Shown one piece after another: positions 28,582-42,387 of a stretch of 64,000 bases of DNA. A program made the position numbers and the translations under genes. This DNA comes from the human T2T-CHM13v2.0 reference genome, Homo sapiens. The first letter of the stretch is position 1; each line of letters starts with the position of its first letter. The DNA lies in NCBI RefSeq assembly GCF_009914755.1, contig NC_060947.1. One strand, given 5' to 3'. Under the pieces are notes generated by a model, which ran no database searches, was not told where the DNA came from, and saw only the letters and a list, made by a program, of their open reading frames with translations.

Positions 28582-29044
28582 ATGTTGTTGGTATCCTACC
28601 CACATCCCCTCACCTTTATTGCTTCAGTGAAGGCTACTCTTACTTACTTCTTACCTGCGTTTTTTGCTGAAGAGCTATGCTTTGTCTGCCCATCAGTGCT
28701 TACCTTGCCTGCCACGTGGAGGCCAGAAGTGCTGGAGAATTACCATCTCACAAGAGTAGCTTATAGTTAGTAACTAGTGGGAGCTGTGGAATAAATACCC
28801 CATCTCCCTTGACCCTTCAATAGGATAAATCTGATGCATATGTTTTATGGTTTCCCTGAGTTTCTTTGCAGGATTAAGCTCTAGTCACATGCAGTGGTAG
28901 CTGGTTTCATAATGTACCTTTTACCAGCTGCCATCCCTTTCCTGTACCACGTGCCTACTCCTCTACCAACACTCCCTGAAACTTCCAGAAATCACTAGCA
29001 CTTCAATCCTTGTTTCAGGCCTCATGTCTGGGAAAACCCAAGCA
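28582..29044 (+). mobile_element. ERVL solo LTR (LTR16C-like) inside MIR
   Basis: 'ggccagaagtgctggagaatta', 'ataaatacccc', 'aggattaagctctagtc', ends 'aatccttgtttcaggc...tctgggaaaacccaag'. Confidence 0.75.
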
Positions 29045-29479
29045 CTGATCACAGCACTTGGCACATGGAAAATAGAAAGCGGTGAGTGAATGATGAGTGA
29101 TAGTAAGCAACATATTGCTTCCTTCTGGTTAGGTATCTCATACAGCCCTTTACTTGCCTCTAAGTTAAAACTGGCTGAAAAATCAGGCACAGCATACCAG
29201 ATATACCCTTCAGTTTTCTGTACCTTGTCAAATTGCTGGTGGCCCATTATAAGCACGTACACAAGACTATTTGTGAATAATGCATACTGTTAGCTCTCTA
29301 GTTTGCCTTTGTTCATTTCTCATTTTGGAGACTCTTTTGTGGATTACATGCTCAAACACAAAATCTCGCTACCATTTTTTGATTCTTAGCTAATATGCAG
29401 GAAAACAGAAGCCAACTGGATTTTATCATTCATCTTTGTTACCATGTCCATGAGAGTATGTGATAAATGGTATCAAAGA

Positions 29480-29665
29480 ATAGAATCCTAGAGCTGAAAG
29501 AACATGCATATCATGTAGTCCTAACCCATCATTTACAAATGAGAAAACTTTGATTCACAAAAGTAAATGACTTTCCCATGACAACATGGCCAGTACATTT
29601 ATTCTGTGAGTGTCTGTCTAGGACTCAGGCAGATTGTGAAGTCAGATATGCCAGTATGCTGTTCC
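29480..29665 (-). mobile_element. MIR
   Basis: 'catttacaaatgagaaaact...aagtaaatgactttccca'. Confidence 0.65.
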
Positions 29666-30904
29666 ATGTTCTTTTTGGTCTCCATCCCCACCCCCATCCC
29701 CATTGTTCCTCTACCTTTTGTCCTTATGTGGTTCTTCCCTTTCCTCTATCAAATCTGTTTTCAGAAATGGACTTAAAATTATTCATAGTGAAAATGACTG
29801 GAAACAGATTCCACTGTGACACATATCAAGGATATTTTTATTTTAGCAGGGATCAAACTGTTCAGCTAAAGTGGTGGAACATTTCAGAAATCCACTAGCA
29901 GGTAGGACAAGTGAAGGAGGTAAATAGGATTCTTCTTTGAATCCCTGAAATCTCATTTATTACATCTTTCTCTGAGTATGTTGTCCAATATTAGGCATAG
30001 TATGTCTAAATAGTAATGCTATGAGATACTGTGGATAAGAACACACTTAATAAAGTGCCAACAAGTACCAAAAACAATTTGCACTGGAACATTCATTTCC
30101 AGCTCGTCTTCCAAGTGGGAAATGATCTTTCCCATAAAATAGATTTCAAATGTTATTATTACTACATCCCACAAAACAGGAATCCTAAAAAGAAAATCTG
30201 CCAAAGAGAATAGAGACACTTTTAGTATATAATAAAACTGTCGGGTAACATGAAGAAATAGAATGTGGCAGAAAATGTACAGATCACAGAAACAAAAGGC
30301 TTCAGCTCCTGAATGGTCACTAAACATTTTTAAGCTTCAGTTTTCTTATCTGACAACTGAGTTACTCATCTTTGCCCTCCCTACCTCACAGGAATGCTGC
30401 AAGGATGACACTAACTAAAGGATAAGGATATAAAGTATACATGTTGTCAAGTATGAGTTGTCATAGAGGGACTATATTTATCATATTTTCTAAAAACAGT
30501 CTCTTAATGGCTTTTTATGATATATACAGAGTGATGAATTGTTTTTGTTAAGGTTTAATTTTGCTTTCAAACAATGCAGAAACTAAACACTGGGACTATA
30601 TGCTGGGAAAGATCATCATCTGTGACTTCCCATTGCTATCCCTTTTGAGCATCTCCACTGTCTAAGCGGAGACTCTCCCCTGTTTTCTGCAGTTTGGAAA
30701 GGTGTTAAGACAATCACAAATTGGTCACCATTGTCAGTAAATAGTCTTTCGTTATAAATTTCAGATACTTCTCTCAAAGTCCAGATAAGAAGCAGGGAGG
30801 ATAATAAAAATCTGAGAATTTTATAACTGGAAGAAGCTTTGTTAAATTTTGTCATTTACGACATGAGATACTGAGTGGTTGCATGACCTTCCTAGGTCCA
30901 ATAA

Positions 30905-31323
30905 CTAGGTCTTGAGTTCCACCGTAGGCAACTGTGTGTCAAAAAGTGAGACAAGGAAGGGCAGAAAGCCAATTCAGGGTACACAATCAAGGCAGCTGCA
31001 ATTGTGAGGGTTTGAATTTAATTCTATTGGAGAAACTCTGGGAGCCAATGTAGAACTGGTGCCTCAGAGTTATCCCCCTCAAAGTGATGGAGCTGGAGTT
31101 TGTATACCATTGTTTGAGGGCTGCTCCCAGGAGGCAATACCACCTCAGAACTTCCAGCCTGCTGCACTGGCAGTGGGGTCAGCTCCAGTAGCACAAGAAT
31201 GCTCTCAAATTCTCTCCAAAGGTACCGGTACAGATGCTGGCAGATGGAAGGCGGGGCCTTGTACATTGATGTAGTAAGAGTGAGGAGGTATGGGCAGGGC
31301 ATTGAGAGCACATCTGCTATACA
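30905..31323 (-). mobile_element. ERVL solo LTR (LTR16-family) inside a minus-strand MIR (~30810-31405)
   Basis: 'gtgagacaaggaagggcagaaagccaat', 'cctcagagttatccc', ends 'catctgctataca'; MIR resumes 'gtggcggagccaggacttgaatccaggtct'. Confidence 0.7.
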
Positions 31324-33639
31324 CCATGAAGTGGCGGAGCCAGGACTTGAATCCAGGTCTTTAGATGCCTAGTCCAGGCACGATCTACTCCAGCACACTG
31401 ACTTCTATTATATTTCATTCCAGTTGCCTACTAACCATGTTAGGCTCTGTATTAGGAAACAGGAAATAAACAATTTTATATAACAGTATATATTGAAAAC
31501 ATGTAGTGATGGTCATGCATTGGTATTAGCTTGGTGTTTTAAAGCCTTTATTTTCAAAAGTGACATTAAGTCAGTCACAACGTTTATAACTACATTGCAA
31601 TAAACAAGTCTTTGATTGCTTTATTGACTAAAGAGTATATTTTTGTTTCATTAAAAGACTGTTATGCCTATTTAAGAATAGGTTTCCAGAAATTTGGTAA
31701 AGATCCACCTGTACTTCAGGGACATTCACAAAACTTTTTAAAAAACATTTCTGCCAATGTCAATGTGCTTACTGCTGGGATTGGCGAGCCCACAGGCTAT
31801 ATCACCAATCCAAACTCCACTGTTGTTTATAAGGGGAAATTTATTATTTATGTTCTGTAAAGAATACAGATCTATGGATTTACACCACCATATTTATCAT
31901 ATGTTTCTAAGTCCTAAGTTATTTTTCTGTAGGGAGTGTAGATGGCATGGCAACCCAAAGGTCAATACGGTTAAAAGTCATGCAAAGAAATGGGTCATAT
32001 AACAACTTAATAGTGGCACTTAAATAATAATAAAAGGCTATCAGTTTAGCTACCATATTTTAAAATATCGTTCTCTCCTTAATGATCAATGTGAAAGGAT
32101 TTTGTGTGTTTTCAATCATTAGTGGCCCTACTGGCATCTCAGGAAGAAGGAGGGCGTCATTACGGGTATGAACCCTTCTCCTAAGCTGACTCTCTAAGTT
32201 AAAGCAAACATCTGACTTGAACAAAGATATAACCACATTAATGCAAGGGGGCATCTCCGCTGGTTTCTCCCCAAGCCATGCAGAGAGAGTGAACACTGCT
32301 CCATGGTTGGAGAGACTCTGTTCACTGGTGCCCTAAGCACATTCTGGCTTTACCCCCTTTCAATTAGTCCAGGAAGCCACACATAAACAATCGGTAAGAC
32401 AGAATTAGTTCCTTTGCCCTCTCCCCGTCTCTGATTTCCCTAGGAAGTCCAGGTAGATGTTTATTCTCTGATGAGGGCAGACATTAGTGTTTCCTCCCCC
32501 TCATACACTGGTGGTTGTATGGCAAGAAAATGACTTATGTCTCTTTGAAGTACTGAATGATAATGACGCCAAATCCTGGAAGGATGTAGAAGAATGATTC
32601 TGTTATTTTTAATATGCTAATTCAATATTATTAACAAATATTATAAAGAATTTTATCCCTTCTGAACATTCCTTTTTAATATTGCTGTAAACTTAATTAG
32701 CATTTGTGTTTTTTTTAAATAAATTATCTGTCAATTAAGAAGCCAATTTTCCTAAGCTTCCACCTTTTATTTTGAACTGTTGATTCTATTTCAAATGATT
32801 TTGTGGATTCTCTCTGGAAGATGAAAAAGAAAGTTCAAAAAAGGAAGTCCTGTCACACAAATCCAGGTGACTTTCTCTTTAGCTTTTGACAGCACCAGTA
32901 GTTAAGAGTGCACATTCCATAAAAGGAGAGAGAGCACTGAGCTTAAACTCTGCTGTGCTGGGGAATGTTTTCTGTTTAACAAGATGCTTTGGAATTGGCA
33001 AAGAGTAAAATCAAGCATTTTCAGTTCTGAGGCTCTTTTACGTGGGCAAAGTGAGAGTATGAAGTGACACAATTATATGGGTAATTCAGATCAACTGGAT
33101 GGTTTTCACATAATTAGCAGCTAACTTTTGGGCATTACTTAGCTGAATAACTGAATCTGTTTGCAGCATCCCCTCAAATCTGTAGTATCTATCGTTTCTC
33201 CCCAATTTAGAATTCCTTAAGTCAGTCATATTAGCATCTTCGCAAATCAGAAACCTGTCAATTTCCTCCTCTCCATGTATTTTGCTATCAAGGCCAGTTA
33301 ATTCTATCAAAAGGATTATGAGGAGGTTTCCCTCATCTTAGGAATGTAATAACACAAGAGTAATAACACATCATTTTTACTCTATTAAAGCCCTAGTTAT
33401 ATGTCTTTTGATTTCTACTCTGTAATATCCAAGACCAAATTACTTAAAGATATTTCTTTCATTAAAAGTCATCCTTTTACTCAATGACCTATTTCCCATC
33501 ACGTCAAGTCCAAATTTATTGGTTTAGTTTTAAATGTTATTCAAAAGATTGTCCCTCTCTGGCCAAACTTGATCACCTCTAACCAATAATGTAATAACTT
33601 TTTCCATTTAGGATTCTTCATTCAGACATTCATTTAAAA

Positions 33640-35130
33640 CTAGCTTGGGAGGTTTTAAAGATAACTAAGAAGTAGAAATCAGTAAGAGAAATAAGCTGGG
33701 GCAAGATTATGTAAGAGTTTTGTGAGTGATATTAAAGTATCTCTTTTTATCCTAAAAGGAATGATGAACTGTTGAAGGTTTTTAAGCAGAATGATATGAT
33801 CACCTATTTTTATAGAAAGATCTGACTGCACTTCAGAAAAATAGAATTTAGGGGTAAGATGGATTTTCTGTTGACTATTCTGTTTCACTGCACCCCCTTC
33901 TGAGTTCTTTTCTCCATCACAGAAGACAGGACTACATTTCCCAGAATATTATGTTATTTACCTTATAGTTCACTAATGAGAGGCAGTTATCCAGGATTTT
34001 GAAGGTAGAAAAGAAGGCAAAACAATTATTCTCTGGAAGCAGTTGCAGTAAAAACCACAGGAAAATGTGACATTCGCAGCAGCTTCCTGGTGAGCTACTA
34101 AGAGCCACCAACTTAAGTGCCTCAGGCTGTCTTTAGGCATCAGATTCCTTGGTCTTCAATGTCAGCTTCCTTATCCTTTGCTCTTCCAGTTCCTCCAACA
34201 ATTACGGAGCACTATTTCATACATTAAACCCCTTATACCTTGCATAAAAAGAGTGGCTTCCATTTCACTAACCTTACCCTCATCTGATAAAGAAAAGGTT
34301 AAAAAAAAAAAAAAAAAGAAGAAGGTTGAGGGCCCTGTTAGGAGGTTACAGCTGTGATCCAGGCAAAAAGAGAGAAGTCTGAATTAGTTTAATGGTAATA
34401 TAAGTGGTAGTGGCAACAGTTGGAGATGTTTGGGAAGTCGAATGGACTGGGCTTGCTGGTTGAATGGATGGAAGCATGAGGAAAAAAAAAATCTCAGATG
34501 ATTTTCAGGTTTCTGACTTTAGCCATTAGGTAGATAGTACTAAGGAACTAAGTAATAAGTGATCATAAGGAACAAAGGAGGAGAATCAGGTGAACTGATA
34601 ATTTCATTAGACTCATTTGAGGTGCTCATGAATTATTCAAGTGCAGATATCTGATAGGTTGTAGGTCACAAGTCTGAAAGAAAAAGGAACAGATGCTGTG
34701 AACTTAGGAGTTAATCAGCATGAAGAGGAGAAGGCTATGTTTACGGGTGAACTTGCCCATAGGACATATGAACAACACACAAACAAAGAGGCCCAATTAT
34801 AGCCCTGAAAAGATCAACAATTACAAATTTACTAGAAAACAGCAGTCCATAAAGGAAATTGGGAAACAGCAGCCACATAAGTAATTTCCAGAATTTCCAC
34901 AGGGAAAGGTGAGATCAGAACCCTCAGTCACACAGGACAGACATCTTCTGTTGAAGGACGGGAGGAGGAAAGGACTAGAGGGAATCCAGACTTGATGGTC
35001 AGAAGTAGAGGTAATTCCGGCCTGATGTTTCCATTTTCTGTGAAGAAGCTAGATAGGCTGCAGAGGGTGAGGGGAGCAGGTGATGAGATCAAAGGTTTGA
35101 GGAGAGTGGAGAAGGTTTGAAGAAAAGCCT
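33640..35130 (-). mobile_element. Fragmented L2, interrupted by LTR
   Basis: 'tgttgaaggtttttaagcagaatgatatgatc', 'gttaggaggttacagctgtgatccaggc', 'agatgattttcaggtttctgactt'. Confidence 0.7.
33868..34280 (+). mobile_element. ERVL solo LTR (LTR33-like)
   Basis: 'actacatttcccagaat', 'cactaatgagaggca', 'attaaacccctt...gagtggcttccatttc'. Confidence 0.65.
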
Positions 35131-35679
35131 TTGTGGTTAACGGGATAGAGCATTTATGGGGGAGAAAGAAGACAGAGGTTGTTGTCCTAGCTGTGCCGGT
35201 AACCAGCTATGAGACCTTGCAAATTATTTTATTCCCTTCTAAATCTTCTTGTCCTCATAACCAGGTAAATAAGGGAGCTGTGCTACATTCTCTCCCAGGT
35301 ATTTTGGAGTCCTGTGGTGACATTCTTAAATTCCTTTCCATCTATCCAAATGATAGCCATCCTTCAAGTCTCAATGAAAGTTCCATATGTTCTGAGAAGA
35401 ATTCCCACAAGCCCAGCTTCTAGAGATCACTTGTAGCTTAAACTTCTACAGTGCATTTTCTACCACACTATTGTCTGCACGTAATTGTATGTGTTAGAAA
35501 AATAATTTGTTTTTCTCAAAGACTTTAAGCACATAACTTCAGTGCTGAGAGGCTTATAACACAAAACTGCTGTCCCTTCCCCATATAACTATTCTGTTCT
35601 CTAGATACCACCATACTGAACTCAGGTATTTCTTTTGGTATTTACTTTAATATTTCGAATTTATGACCCCTTACTGACA

Positions 35680-36172
35680 TGACCTCTTACTTCTCTGACC
35701 TCAGTGCCCACCCCTCCCCTTTACTTATTCTTCTACAGCCACGGTGGCTTCTTTGCTGTTCCACAAACAAAGGAGGCATGTGTTCATCAAACATATCTGG
35801 CAGGCCGCTTTCCTCAACACACCAGGAAGCCTTTGCACGAACTGCTTCCTGTGCCTGGAATGCTCTTCCGGGTACTATATGCAAGACTCACTCCCTTACT
35901 TTCTCAAAGTCTTTCCCCACAAGTCGCCATCTCAATGAACTTTCTTAAGTGGCATCTGGCACTCATTGTGGCAAGGCTTATTTCTTTCACTTATTACTAT
36001 ATAATACACCCTGTATTTTATGTATTTCTCTTGATTAATCTCTTTCCTCTACCCATGTGTAAGTTTTATGGGGGCAGGAATTTTTGTCTGCATCATTCAA
36101 TTGTAGCACTGGTGACTGGAATAATGCCAGGTCCATGACAAGTACTTAACAAATATCTGTTAATTTATGAAT
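35680..36172 (+). mobile_element. L2a 3' end
   Basis: 'gcctttgcacgaactgcttcctgtgcctggaatgctcttcc', 'tgtaagttttatgggggcagga', 'gtacttaacaaatatctgttaatttatgaatg'. Confidence 0.85.
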
Positions 36173-36789
36173 GCTGCTACTTTGTATTTACCAAATTTAA
36201 TCTATGACTTTTTAAATATAGTAAAGCTTGAACTCACTTATAGCCCTCTGCATATCCCCATCCTCTGTTATTTAAATAAAAATGCTGTTTACATTATTAC
36301 GTCTATGTTAATATTGATCACTGCTGAACGAGTGGAGGTACTAGGATTCAGGCTCTGGGATAGAAGGCAGAAGAAAGATGGGCAAGGGAATTTACAGTAG
36401 TGGAATGGTCTTCTGGAAGGTTCGCTCTCAAAAATATCTCCTCCTCCTCCTCTCTGATGCCTGAATTCTTTGCACTAACCACTCACTTCTTGTTGTTATG
36501 CATTGCTTTCCTCCTGATCTTCTTTGGAAAAATCAATGCGTGTGGGAAGGGTGACTCATCTGTCCAATAGCTCCTCAGTGTAAATTATTTTTCCAGTAGA
36601 CACAAAGCAGAGGTGGCACAGTGACATTGTAGTTACTGAAATGGGGGAAACAGGTGCAGAATTGAGATGAGGGAAGACCAGGCAATAAATATTGAAATTT
36701 GTGCTGGTGTTGGGGGAAATAGCAACCCAGGGATGAGCACGAGTCACTAAATATTATTCACATGCATGCCACGGGCACTCCATCAAAAC

Positions 36790-36960
36790 AAGTCTTAGAG
36801 GCAGGAGGTTCTTATAGAGCTTAGTGACCAATCACCTTTTTCTACACATAGGGGAACTGAGGCATGAGGTAATCCAGCACCACATAGCTGGTTAATGGTG
36901 GATTTCGTTCCGGAATCTGATTTTTTTTATTCTCCCAATCTGCTTCTGAATATTTAATAC
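36790..36960 (-). mobile_element. MIR
   Basis: 'tttctacacataggggaactgaggc...cacatagctggttaatggtgga'. Confidence 0.6.
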
Positions 36961-39900
36961 TGTCTCATATGCCCTTTATTTAATGAATGCTATTAATTCT
37001 TGGAAGCAAATCCATCCCTCTTTACTAATCCCAGTAAAACACACTCTTGCAGAGGGCCTATGCTTCCTTCTAGTTTTCATTCTTAAGAGATTAAATAGAG
37101 GATGTCAGCTTTCAAATATTGCTTTTATTGAACTCCAGGCACAAGTCACTCTCTCCCACCTCCCAACTGCAAATATTTAGCTACTCAGAATGTTACATAT
37201 TCTATTATTATCCAGCCAATAGATGAATAGTTGCCAACAAATAATAGTCTTTTCAGCATTCAAGTCCTCAGCTTGCATCATTTGACAGTGATTTCTGTCC
37301 ATCATTCTTGGTTTTCAACCCTATAATAGCTCTCAAGCCATTTATTTAATACCATGTAAATGTGTATATGATTGTCATCACATATTAATCTTTTCGGTGG
37401 AATGGCATTAGGCTTTTAGAGGAAATAAATGGGGTCCCTTAATTTGCTTTTATCTTCCTTCTAGAGTAGCACTTATTAAAATAACACATGCTTATCAAGG
37501 TGAGACTTTTTATAAATCAGTAATGATTTGTTAACCATTATGCATTTCTAATGCTACATAATCCTTTCCCTAAACACTCTTCCACATCACTTCATGGTTT
37601 AAAATGGATCTTCTGATCTCTAAACTTCCTAAATTTGCTTTTGATCTTTTGTTAATATAGCAAATTCTTGTCTTTTCTCATAATGCATTGTTTTATAATA
37701 CACAATTTGGCATTGTACTGTGTTCCCTGTTTAACAGCCCAGACACCACATCTGGCCTTCTTTGGGGCAGAACAATCAGGCATCATAGGGAGGGGCTACA
37801 CAGGACATGACCAAGGCCAAGGTACTAAATAAACAAATCACCGTACAGCCAAGAGCAGTCAAGTTGTGAGGTTAGAAGAGCCTGGAGTCAAAATGAGGAA
37901 GAAGAAAGAGAGGCTAGTTTAGGAAGGCTGTTTGATAGCCTGTGGTCTTACAGCAGTGAATGCAGATAGAGCAATGATTGAGTGCGCCTCTCATACAGAC
38001 CCTAATCTCAAGAACAAAAGTGGTGAATCAACAAGGGACTCTAGAATTCTGCTAGATAATTATCTGGAAGCGAAGCAGAGCCCTACACATCAAATGGCAA
38101 AACCTAAAATCACTAAAGAGCAACCCGAAGCTACAACTGCAGAACTTTGGTCCAAGGTCAGAGCGGGACACAAAGTTGAAAAAACATGGAGCTCCCAAAC
38201 TCATGATCCAGGAACCTTAATTTGTTCCCAACTTAAGAACATTTTGTTTCCAGCCTCCAAGTGCCCAGGCTTGGCTGAGCCTGTAGGTCATGGTTAGGAG
38301 GCTCCAGCTGTGAGACCTGGAAGACTGCCGGAACGAGAATTGGACTGGCTGGGATTATGAGTTATAAAAGGATTCTCAGCCAGATGCTCTTTAACCTCCC
38401 TCAGTACCTTCTTTAACTTTTACAGAGGTAATTCATCTGGATTCAATGGCTTATTGGCCCCTAATAGTTCCATAGGGTTAACTCTCTCTCCAAAGTAAAT
38501 AAAAGCCTTTAATATCTTTTGCAGAAAATAAAGTGATTCTGAAGTCCCAGGTATGCCCTTCAGTTTTTTTGTTGTTTGTTTTGTTTTTTGGAAGTTCTAC
38601 AGCAAAACTTCTCAATGGCATAACCTCTCTGTAGAAACTCTGGTTTTAATGATCTCTCAGTAACAGTGAGACTTTTGATTTGAAGTCTTCTAAAAGGATA
38701 TCTAGTTGGTTAAAAATTGTCATTTCAACTATATACCACTTTTGTATATTTTCTAGGCAGAGTTATTAATACAGTATTATTTCATTTCTATCTCTCCTGG
38801 CTTGATACTTAGACAAATATCTAGGTTGTCAGAAGTGGAAGAACTCTTAGAGTCTTCATCAGTATGAACATGGTCCTTTTCTTATCTAAAATGCACATAT
38901 GGATCAAAATGTATAGACATTTTCAGGAGCTTCAAAGAATTCCTGATAACTATCCATGGACACCATGTCAACGATCTCTGCCTAGGCCAAAGTTAAATCA
39001 AGATCGTAAAGTTGGGATCCACAACGATTAAGTGGTTTGAACATTTTAACCTCCACAGCTGGTAAGCTGCTCTTCCTCTATGCTCTCATGTCACCCTGGG
39101 AAAAGCCGTCTCTTTGCCCTAACATATGAGTCCCTTCCCTCACTGGACTGTGAGCAAATTGAAACTAAAATCCACATCTCGATTATTTTTATACTCCAGC
39201 ACATACAAGATGTGACACACAGAAGGCTCCATAAGTGTTTAGTAAAGAAGTCCAGATTCAAGGGTCCATAAATCAGAACCCTGAGTGCTAGGCTCTCTGA
39301 CCATGCGGAATTATCGCTTTCTTGTTTTTCCACTATCAGTAGGCAGGTGCTGGGGTCCCCATGGGTTTTCCCACCTTCCCAAAAACTTTGTGCAACTTTC
39401 CTAGCCATTCTGATTTTCAGTCTCTTCATCATATATGGATAATAGCATTTACTTGCATGTTGCCATGAATACAAAATATTGCATGTTGAGCCCTACACAC
39501 AAATTTTCTTATGATCTAGCAATTAAGCATTTGAAACGCAGTGTATGTATGAAAGATTCCATTGTGTGATCTGAGAGCCCCAGCTTCAAAGTCCTGTGGA
39601 AATTAACAGCACTGAGATTAGAGAGAAAAAGAAAGAAAATCTATCTTGTAGATGTCTCTTGCAGGTTTCTGAGACAAGCGTCAAAACCAGGCTAAGATTA
39701 GAACTGGGTCCCAGAGGCTCTATTTCGTATCCCCCAGCCTTTCTGTCCGCCAGAGTCATCCTTGAGCTTTTCGTCACGACTGTTTCTGTATTTGTCCCGC
39801 TGCTTGTAACCCTCACCTCACTGATGTAAGCAGAGGAAAAACAACAATAAAAACAGTTGACATTTACGTAGCATTCAAAAGTTTCCTATCTACTGAACTA

Positions 39901-40074
39901 CTTTTCTTAAAGGCATCCTCTAACGCAGCAATGACTAAACGAAGCAGCAGAAATAGCTATTAGGTTAGGTGTGTGGGAGAAGATAGCTCCCTCTACCCCT
40001 TCTCATCATATTAATTGACCCAAATGATAGCTTTTGCTCCCTCTGTACCATTCATTACAGACCTGCAAGGCCGG

Positions 40075-40270
40075 GAATGCTGAAACAGAGTGACAGCCAA
40101 TCAAGTGCTTCTGCCTGTGGACTTCAGCATCTGTGAGTCATCAGCAACCAATTAGATTCTTCGGTCGGGGAAAACTCTCCTCACCAGGGTAGAAACAAGC
40201 AATGCACGCTGCTGACCTTTACATCAGCAACTCGTGTTTCTGATCACGATGGTGAAAGGCCAATACAGGC
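40075..40270. promoter_or_regulatory. Candidate enhancer/promoter motif cluster
   Basis: Three CCAAT, AP-1 TGAGTCA (40134-40140), five TGCTGA/TCAGCA half-MAREs, GGGGAAAACT, retained CpGs. Motif evidence only. Confidence 0.4.
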
Positions 40271-41337
40271 CTGAGAGCCCCACCCTGACACATGAAAAGA
40301 ATATCTTTGCTTTGCTTCTGTGCAGACAGCTTATGGTATTTGGTGCTGTTTGTGCTTAGGTCTCTTTGCCTCAGAGGAAGCTCTGAGTTCTGTCTCAGAA
40401 ATCCTAATTGCTCTTTGCGGGGCAGTTTCATTGGCTGCCTTTTTCTCTGGGGAGTTCACAGCTATGCCACAAAATTTAAAGCTGAGACTCACTGTGCCTG
40501 TCAAGAGAGGTTTTTCTGCTCACTCCATTACAGACTACAGAGCCCCCATCTACTCTATGGCCTGGGTTGAATGAGGTAACAGTTTTGTATATAACACTGG
40601 TATCTTAGCCACCATCCTAGCATCTGTGGGTCTGAGCTGAACTCCAGTGTTCTTGTCTGCTTGTGTCCTCTCTCACTCAGTGTGTGTGTGTGTATGAGTG
40701 AGAGAGACTCTGAAATGGACTTTGTCCAACCCTAAACCATCTGCATTTTTCCTGGTCACATAATAAAAAGACCTCTTACTGCAGAATTTAAATCCTTCCA
40801 GAATTTTCCTTTTACCTATTTCTTGATCTAGAGCTCCTTTATCAGCAGCCATACATATTGTTGCTCTAGGGTTAATGTAAAAAATTCAAAGACAGGCTTG
40901 GTTCACAGAATCCTAGAAAATTTTACTGACGTCATGCAGCCTACCTAATCGTGAACTTGTCCGATTCGAAGGCATCTCTGTCCAGATCACATTCATAACT
41001 TACAGGAAAAATGCCTTCCATTATAGTATTTCTCAATGTCTCCCAATTTAGCCCTCTCCCATCACCATAATAACCAGACCTGTCACTAGGAGATAAAACA
41101 GCTTGTTCCTCCCAATGTAAGACTCCTAATCTGGAGATGTTCATCTGCACAGGGCCCCTCCAAGCGTCTTCCTGAGATTTCTTGGCATCAAGAGACTCTA
41201 AGTGTCTGCTATCTGGACGCCAAGGAAGCTCTAGGATTGTCACCTTCTCTTAGCTCCAAGGGGACATTTGTACCCATCCCCATTATCAGCACGAGCAGAT
41301 CAGGAATCTAAAATCACACAGATCTTGTGGCTCACCT

Positions 41338-41652
41338 AGGGCTGGGAAAAGCAAACCTTTTCTATGAAAGGCTAGGTAGTAAATACTTAAGGCTTTATAG
41401 ACCATAAGGTTTCTGCTGCAATTATTCAACTCTGCTGCTGCTGCAGCATGAAGGCAGCCATAGCCAAAAATGAATGGCTGTGGCTCTGTTCTAATGAAAC
41501 TTTATTTACGGACACTATAATTTGGATACCATAAAACTTTCACATGTCACAAAAGAGTCCTATTTTTTTCAATCCTTTAAAAATGTAAAGAACATTCTTA
41601 TCTTGCAGAGACAAGATAAAATAGGCAGCAGACAGTAGTTTGGGGACCCCTG
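41338..41652. mobile_element. MER58B-like (hAT-Charlie)
   Basis: 'gcaaaccttttctatgaaaggctaggtagtaaatact..aggcttt', 'attcaactctgc', 'aatgaaactttatttacggacact', ends 'tagtttggggacccctg'. Confidence 0.85.
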
Positions 41653-41655
41653 GGG

Positions 41656-41842
41656 CAGTATTCAACTGAGTCATAAGGATTACTTGGAGTACTCTTTTGT
41701 AAAATGTCATTTTATCACCCATATCTCAGATGCTCTGATTTGGTAGACAGAGTTAAGGTGGGGCCAGGTGATCTGCTTATTTAGGCAGACTCCCAGTGAT
41801 TCAGATGCTGGGAGCCTTTGGCTTGCACTTTAAGAAACACTG
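41656..41842. mobile_element. MER5-family fragment
   Basis: 'ctcccagtgattcagatgc...cactttaagaaacactg'. Confidence 0.65.
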
Positions 41843-42201
41843 CACTAGACGGGAAGATGAAGGCAAACTTTTCTGAGAAAACAAAATACAGGTCATGTTT
41901 TATCTTTGAAACTCAGTCTGGTCCCCTTAAGCAGAAAGTCCAAAAAAGCTCCCTCCATTCTGAATGTATCTACCTGCAAACTAGCCAATTTTAACTGTAC
42001 GCTCCTTTTCAAACCATTCGACTCACGTTTGTCACTGTCCTGTATCTTGACCAATATTTATACACGCTTCTTTTACTCACGTGTCTCTTCCAGACGTTTT
42101 TCCAAGCCGAACTGTCTTCCCTCTCTACTCCTTCCCTGAATGTTTCTCAGCCTTCAGGGCCTGGTTAAAATGTCGCCTCCTCCATGAGGTTTTCTCAAAC
42201 C

Positions 42202-42387
42202 CAACGGTTCTCATTTCAGCCTGCATCAGAATCACCTGGAGGGCTTGTTAAACCATAAATTGCTGGCTCCACCCCAGAGTTTCAGAATCAGTAGATTGAA
42301 AGAGAGGCCAGAGAATTTTCATTTGCAATGAATTCTCAGGTGATGCTGATGATGCTGGGTCTAGTGACCACATTGAGAGAACCACAG
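42202..42387. mobile_element. MER5A inside an L2 (+, ~41980-42650)
   Basis: 'gcatcagaatcacctggagggcttgttaaa...ccccagagtttcagaatcagtag...tctcaggtgatgctgatgatgctgg...accacattgagagaaccac'. Confidence 0.85.

Noticed and set aside
32288-32325. Hairpin agtgaaca...tgttcact as a pre-miRNA
   Set aside because: The stem is short with a large asymmetric bulge.
37730-38400. LTR-like composition (also ~57600-57990 and ~59580-59860)
   Set aside because: I could not assign a family or termini by eye; needs a Dfam search.
39665-39825. Plus-strand exon (cttgcag|...GAT|gtaagc)
   Set aside because: 161 nt with no recognisable peptide and no partner exons; such site pairs are frequent by chance.
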